Source: Candidatus Firestoneibacteriota bacterium
GTDB taxonomy: Bacteria; Oederibacteriota; D2-FULL-39-29; JBBTED01
DNA length: 22,688 bases
Direction: 5' to 3'
Assembly (NCBI GenBank): GCA_038042445.1
Contig: JBBTED010000092.1
Coordinates: 1 to 22,688 of the forward strand
The notes under the pieces were generated by a model that made no database searches, was not told the DNA's origin, and saw nothing but the letters and a program-made list of their open reading frames with translations. This document shows positions 18,496-22,688 of this stretch, in pieces. Positions within the stretch are counted from its first letter, which is position 1. Every line of letters starts with the position of its first letter. Made by a program: the position numbers and the translations under genes.

Positions 18496-19596
18496 TTAGC
18501 TATGTGATGCAGCTTCGTATTCTGCCAATAAACTGTCAATAAGTTCTTTTACAGAAATAATTTTATCTGCACGATATGCATTAGCACCTGCAAAACAGAA
18601 TCCTTCATCAATCTTGCCAAGCTTTGCATTAGTTAATGCAAGCCCAATGCAGTAAGGTGCTTCTGTAAATGCACAAGTTTTTAAGCATTTCCAAGGACAT
18701 CTAATAGGTTTTTTTATTCCTTTGCTAACATCTTCCAAAAATTGATTCTTTATTGCTCTTCCTGGCAAACCAACAGGACTGTCAATTATTATTAAATCTT
18801 CTTTTTTAGATTGTAAATACATCTCTTTGAATTTTATAGAAGCATCGCATTCATAAGTTGTAACAAATCTAGTAGCCATTTGTACTCCTTGAGCTCCCAT
18901 TTGTATGAATTTATAAATATCTGCTCCTGTATATATGCCACCTGCAGCTATCACCGGAATATTTTTATTAAATTGTTTTTCAAAAAGTTTTATTACAGAA
19001 ATAACTTCTGGGAGTATTTTCTCCAATGCATAGTCAGGATTTTCAATCTGCTCTTTTTTAAATCCAAGATGCCCACCTGCTAAAGGACCCTCTACAACCA
19101 CAGCATCAGGAAGATAATTGTATTCTTTTGCCCAATATTGAAATATTATCTTAGCAGCTCTTGCAGATGACACTATAGGAACAATCTTGGTTGAAATTTT
19201 ACTCAAATCTTTAAATGGTAACGTTTTTGGACTTTTTAATGGAAGCCCGGCTCCAAGAAAAATCAAATCTATCCCTTCATCTATCGCAACTTCTGTAAAT
19301 TCGTCTAAATTTGAAAGAGCCATTAGAAAATTTACGCCAATAATTCCCTTTGTCGTTTCCCTTGCTTTTCTAATTTCTTTTCGTAATATTCTATTATTGG
19401 CTTCTATAAAATTTTTACTAAAATCAGGTTCAAGCATACCTACACCAGCAGTTCCAATAACTCCAATACCACCCTCATTTGCCACAGCTGCAGCTAACCC
19501 AGATAAAGAAATTCCAACACTCATTCCTCCCTGAATTATAGGTATCTTAGCCTCAAGTTCCCCGATTTTTAAACTTGGCAATTTTGTTGAACTCAT
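18496..19596 (-). CDS. Nitronate monooxygenase/FabK-family FMN enzyme with C-terminal 4-Cys motif (FabX-like)
   Basis: PIIQGGM, GAGLP, EGPLAGGHLG, IAAGGI, GVQMATRF, SPVGLPGRA, CxxxCxxxC-x7-C. Start ATG 19596 or TTG 19599 after SD GGGGGA. Confidence 0.88.
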   Translation of the reverse strand: MSSTKLPSLKIGELEAKIPIIQGGMSVGISLSGLAAAVANEGGIGVIGTAGVGMLEPDFSKNFIEANNRILRKEIRKARETTKGIIGVNFLMALSNLDEFTEVAIDEGIDLIFLGAGLPLKSPKTLPFKDLSKISTKIVPIVSSARAAKIIFQYWAKEYNYLPDAVVVEGPLAGGHLGFKKEQIENPDYALEKILPEVISVIKLFEKQFNKNIPVIAAGGIYTGADIYKFIQMGAQGVQMATRFVTTYECDASIKFKEMYLQSKKEDLIIIDSPVGLPGRAIKNQFLEDVSKGIKKPIRCPWKCLKTCAFTEAPYCIGLALTNAKLGKIDEGFCFAGANAYRADKIISVKELIDSLLAEYEAASHS

Positions 19597-19629
19597 CAAA
19601 TATCCCCCTTCAATAAATTATTTTTAAAT

Positions 19630-19657
19630 TATGTTATATATAATTATATCTAACATA
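19630..19657. promoter_or_regulatory. 28-bp near-perfect palindrome, candidate operator upstream of the FabX-like gene
   Basis: TATGTTA-T-ATATAATTATAT-C-TAACATA, 13 of 14 symmetric pairs match; contains TATAAT on both strands. Confidence 0.45.
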
Positions 19658-19659
19658 TT

Positions 19660-19702
19660 AAAAAATAATAGCATAAAAATAAAAATTTTGCTATTATTTT
19701 TT
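19660..19702. repeat. AT-rich 14-bp inverted repeat (possible terminator or second operator)
   Basis: AAAAAATAATAGCA (19660-19673) / TGCTATTATTTTTT (19689-19702). Confidence 0.4.
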
Positions 19703-19752
19703 TAAATTTTTATTTTTGCATTTAACGATTTTAAACCATCTAAAGTCTATTT

Positions 19753-19772
19753 TGGTCGGGGCGACGGGACTT
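19753..19772 (-). other. tRNA-Pro 3'-end remnant, putative att site at the island boundary
   Basis: Minus strand AAGTCCCGTCGCCCCGACCA = end of T-loop, 3' T-stem, Pro-type acceptor 3' strand and CCA; no D or anticodon arm upstream. Confidence 0.75.
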
Positions 19773-19937
19773 TTTCTCCCCCGCTAACTTCGTTAGCTCC
19801 TCCGAAACCTGCCACCCTCACTTTATCCTCGCTTTTCGCTCGGCGTTCGGGTTGGCTTCAAGTCCCTCTATTAATAAATTTGGTCGCAATTGCTGAACGA
19901 AGCTCGAACCCTTTTTGAACAAAAAATGCTTGATTAG

Positions 19938-20007
19938 CTCCGCTCCGCGTTTCCGCCCGCCTGCTTGGGCTTCGCCCTGAAATTTTTTGAGCGAGCGGAC
20001 AGCGGGG
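19938..20007. repeat. GC-rich nested hairpin immediately after the cap15-like stop
   Basis: TCCGCCCGC(19952-19960)/GCGAGCGGA(19991-19999) with one mismatch, outer CTCCGCT/AGCGGGG, inner GGGC-TTC-GCCC (19967-19977). Confidence 0.55.
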
Positions 20008-20008
20008 T

Positions 20009-20626
20009 CTATGAATTCGTTTGGGATAATTTTCTTGAAACAAACTTTACGTTTATATCGCCTATTGTTTTTCTGCTTGTCCAATATTCGCCCTCCAATC
20101 TTCTTTCTGTTTCTGCTATAACCTTTAAAATTGCAGCACCGTCATGAATTGCACTCCTATCTCGCACATTGGCTTTTGAACGATTTGTATAATTATAACT
20201 TAATCTAAAAATTCCGCTATCATCATCTTCGTTTATTTGTGCTGTATTACTAAAACTATCCGATTCATCTGTATACATAACGCAACTTATATTTGAAAAA
20301 GTTTGCTTTATTACAAGTGTAACATCCTTAGACGAAATTTTTTGATTTGTATTTGGATCAATCCAAGTGCTTTGTAAATTTCCTTTCCAAGTTCCTTGTA
20401 AATCTGGAAATGGAACAAGCCAGCCTCTAAAAATCAATAATCTCCAAGCCCAGTTTGTAAATACTAAAACAAGCAAAACATAAATTGTTACTACGTCCGG
20501 TAATTTTTTTATTGCTTCCCAACCTATTTTTAGATCAGTTTTAGAAAAAAATAATACTAAAACCCAAATTATCACAAAAGTAACAAGCTGTATCCAAACT
20601 AAAATTTCTTTTCGAATACTCTTCAT
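20009..20626 (-). CDS. cap15: CBASS Cap15-like effector (2TM plus beta-barrel, SMODS-associating 2TM beta-strand-rich domain)
   Basis: Two N-terminal TM helices, PDLQGTWKGNLQS, IKQTFSNISC, TDESDSFS, LSYNYTN, HDGAAIL, LEGEYWTSRKTIG; 2 nt downstream of the CD-NTase. Confidence 0.85.
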   Translation of the reverse strand: MKSIRKEILVWIQLVTFVIIWVLVLFFSKTDLKIGWEAIKKLPDVVTIYVLLVLVFTNWAWRLLIFRGWLVPFPDLQGTWKGNLQSTWIDPNTNQKISSKDVTLVIKQTFSNISCVMYTDESDSFSNTAQINEDDDSGIFRLSYNYTNRSKANVRDRSAIHDGAAILKVIAETERRLEGEYWTSRKTIGDINVKFVSRKLSQTNS

Positions 20627-20628
20627 AA

Positions 20629-21522
20629 TTATTCAAAACCTATATAATTCCAAATGGCATTAAAAAAACTGTGAGCTTGAGTTCGATTCCATGGCTGCGA
20701 TAAATGAAAAAGATACTGAATATTATTTACCTCACATAGTTCTTTGCAATCCTCGTCCTTTATTGTTTTATTAAAACAATCTGCGATAACATGTCTAACA
20801 TCATCGTAATAATCGTCATGGTTAAAACCATTATCGGGAACATTCCAAACTAAACTTTCTATCAAAAACGAAGGAATATTCAAAGCGGCTTTTATATTAT
20901 CATCTTGCATTTTATTTCTTAGCTTTTTTACAACCCTAACCATTTTTTTATATCTTCCTCCAGTATTATCTTGTTTAGCAACTCCATTGTCATAAACTTG
21001 ATTTGGCCAGTTATTAATCCTAATGCCCTCATCCGTACGAAATCCTATGCCAACAGGTGTTATATAATCCTCCTTACCATTGCCATTGTAGTAACGATAA
21101 GCAAATGCCGGGACAACATCAGCGTCTACTCGATACGAATTAGAATGTATATCAAACGCTTTATTCCCCCTTACGACTTTATCGCCGCCAAAATGCTCTT
21201 TTAATGCTATTTCTACCAAATTTTTAAAATCTGTAAAAGTTATGCTTCCGTTGATGTTCCCATAATCTTCGCACGTTTTTCCTTCTGGATATCTTGCAAA
21301 AAATGTTGAATTTAAGCGAACACAGAAATCAACATCGCTGTCTTGTCGGACGCTTGTTTGTGATTTATAAGAACCTTGGACAAATACAGAAATATCCATT
21401 TGCGATAATTTATTATCTTTTTGAATTGCATTTTTTATCGCATTTTCTGTATTTTCCGTTTTCTCTTTTTCGGTCTGACCAGGAGGGCCGCCCCACGATC
21501 TAAATGTATCTTCCCAACTCAT
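20629..21522 (-). CDS. CBASS cGAS/DncV-like nucleotidyltransferase (CdnE-like)
   Basis: QGSY...DSDVD, DADVVPA (third Asp), RGNKAF, INNWP, RYKKMVR, PSFLIESLVWNVP, EVN..YLF, QPW; about 300 aa as in clade E enzymes. Confidence 0.9.
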   Translation of the reverse strand: MSWEDTFRSWGGPPGQTEKEKTENTENAIKNAIQKDNKLSQMDISVFVQGSYKSQTSVRQDSDVDFCVRLNSTFFARYPEGKTCEDYGNINGSITFTDFKNLVEIALKEHFGGDKVVRGNKAFDIHSNSYRVDADVVPAFAYRYYNGNGKEDYITPVGIGFRTDEGIRINNWPNQVYDNGVAKQDNTGGRYKKMVRVVKKLRNKMQDDNIKAALNIPSFLIESLVWNVPDNGFNHDDYYDDVRHVIADCFNKTIKDEDCKELCEVNNIQYLFHLSQPWNRTQAHSFFNAIWNYIGFE

Positions 21523-21527
21523 AATAA

Positions 21528-22262
21528 TTAGCTATTTTGCCTTTTATAGGCCTTGATAATTTTATTCAACAAATCTTTTGGCTGAACCTCGTATTTCCCA
21601 AATTCTTTTATATTCTCATGATTCAAATGGAGCTGTCCTTCTCCGGTGTTTCCTCTGTGCTGTCCCTTTGAATAATATTTATTTTTCTCTATTTCTCTTG
21701 AAGCAAAAACCCAATATTTAATAGCGTCCCTCCATACTGCCACCCAGACAAAAACATCACAATGTTTCGGTTTAATCTGCTGAAAATTCATATCAAACGG
21801 CTTTTTTGAATTTAATGCCAACGCTTTAACAAAGAGTGGATCTTCACTATTAGCATCAACCGCCCTTGAAGCTTTGACCTCTATTTTAATCCGCCTCTTT
21901 CCATGATCAAAAAAGAAATCATATTCATTGTCAAAATCAGGGCATTCTTTTTTAGTTGGCTTTTTAATTTCAGGAGCGATTGAGTGTATTTGCGATTGCG
22001 CCCAAGTTATGCCGAAGGATGTAGGTGAACCGTATTTTTCAAAAATATGCAAAAATTCATTTCTTGCCAAATATTCTTCTCTGATTTTTAAATAGTCGTT
22101 TAAGGTTATTTTATCAAGCCCCAGCAGGTTTGAAATAATAAATTCATATTCATTAAAAGGATAAACCGACATTAGCTCCCTAAGATTGTTTTTTAATTTC
22201 GTTTTGTTATTAACTGGCAATTCCTCGATCAATTTTTCTAAATCCTTTTTTAATATTTCCAT
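21528..22262 (-). CDS. PD-(D/E)xK nuclease, putative restriction endonuclease
   Basis: EYDFFF...KIEVKASR catalytic motif and FQQIK; 4 nt downstream of a DNA methyltransferase. Confidence 0.7.
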   Translation of the reverse strand: MEILKKDLEKLIEELPVNNKTKLKNNLRELMSVYPFNEYEFIISNLLGLDKITLNDYLKIREEYLARNEFLHIFEKYGSPTSFGITWAQSQIHSIAPEIKKPTKKECPDFDNEYDFFFDHGKRRIKIEVKASRAVDANSEDPLFVKALALNSKKPFDMNFQQIKPKHCDVFVWVAVWRDAIKYWVFASREIEKNKYYSKGQHRGNTGEGQLHLNHENIKEFGKYEVQPKDLLNKIIKAYKRQNS

Positions 22263-22266
22263 AAAA

Positions 22267-22688
22267 TTATTTGTTAAATTTTTTTATATAATTCTTCTCT
22301 TTCGACGAGAAAGCAAATTTTTCCATAATATAGTTATCCAATTCTTCAAAACTACCTTTATTTTTAATAATTTCACCAGCCATTTTAGCAATTTCCGAAA
22401 AAGTTTTTTTATCCCAAAGAGGCAATGGCATTTGTTCAATGTGGCTTCGCAAAACTTTTATACTTGAAAACTTTTTTTGGAATATAAACTGATACAGAGA
22501 AGAATTTAACAAAGATGCAATAACTTTTATTGGATAATCTGGGATTTTTGGAATTACAATATTTGCACTGTTCAAAGTTAATTTTTGCTTATCGTCATAA
22601 GCAAAAACTAAATACTTTGAAATGAAGCGATAGACCAGTTTTTCTTTCGTGCGATATTTTTCCGTTGGTGCCACTTGTTGAAATTTTT
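22267..22688 (-). CDS. C-terminal TaqI-like target-recognition domain of an N6-adenine DNA methyltransferase (5' part outside the window)
   Basis: EKLVYRFIS..LVFAYD...TLNSANI...SLLNSSL...IKVLRSHIEQMPLP; the frame stays open (KFQQVAP) to the window edge. Confidence 0.75.
   Translation of the reverse strand, partial: KFQQVAPTEKYRTKEKLVYRFISKYLVFAYDDKQKLTLNSANIVIPKIPDYPIKVIASLLNSSLYQFIFQKKFSSIKVLRSHIEQMPLPLWDKKTFSEIAKMAGEIIKNKGSFEELDNYIMEKFAFSSKEKNYIKKFNK

Larger units (their letters stand above)
19753..22688. mobile_element. Left end of a putative tRNA-integrated defence island (continues beyond the window)
   Basis: tRNA 3' remnant at the boundary, abrupt switch from housekeeping to defence genes. 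No integrase inside the window. Confidence 0.65.

Noticed and set aside
16989..19764. 14-bp direct repeat TTTGGTCGGGGCGA (16989-17002 and 19751-19764) as att sites around pcm-surE-NMO
   Set aside because: The enclosed genes are housekeeping, the remnant lies upstream rather than downstream of this tRNA, and its T-stem differs, so it derives from another tRNA-Pro isoacceptor.
19818..20147. ORFs 19818-20084, 19858-20043 and 19965-20147
   Set aside because: They overlap the cap15-like gene and the GC-rich hairpin junction, have no recognisable motifs, and are likely stop-poor artefacts.
1595..21522. Functional link between the HD-GYP phosphodiesterase and CBASS
   Set aside because: They are about 17 kb apart on opposite sides of the island boundary, with no sequence evidence for coupling.
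242..22467. Remaining short plus-strand ORFs and the nested ORF 13619-13804
   Set aside because: All lie antisense to or within well-supported genes and show no protein-family motifs.

Overview
AT-rich chromosome segment from a diderm bacterium (it encodes outer-membrane beta-barrel proteins). Every credible gene lies on the minus strand. Reading in transcription order (right to left): a probable tRNA-Pro-integrated defence island (about 19753 to beyond 22688) carries a tightly coupled run of a TaqI-like adenine methyltransferase (C-terminal part only), a PD-(D/E)xK restriction-type nuclease, a CdnE-like CD-NTase and a Cap15-like 2TM/beta-barrel effector (type I CBASS). The island ends in a GC-rich, highly structured junction with a 20-nt tRNA 3' remnant. 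Core genes follow: a FabX/NMO-family flavoprotein, surE, pcm, tRNA-Pro(CGG), an RpoS-like sigma factor, trpF and trpB. About 10 kb of unrelated genes then separate trpB from trpA: three orphan TadE/TadG-like pilins, a hypothetical protein, a CsgG-like/beta-barrel protein, argG, argH, a 1080-aa beta-helix/LamG protein and an SPFH protein. The window ends with trpA, a GAF-GAF-HD-GYP protein, accD and a small OMP. Almost every intergenic gap in the left 12.4 kb holds a palindromic REP/RPE-like element, and these belong to several sequence families. All calls come from motif recognition by eye; no database searches were run.
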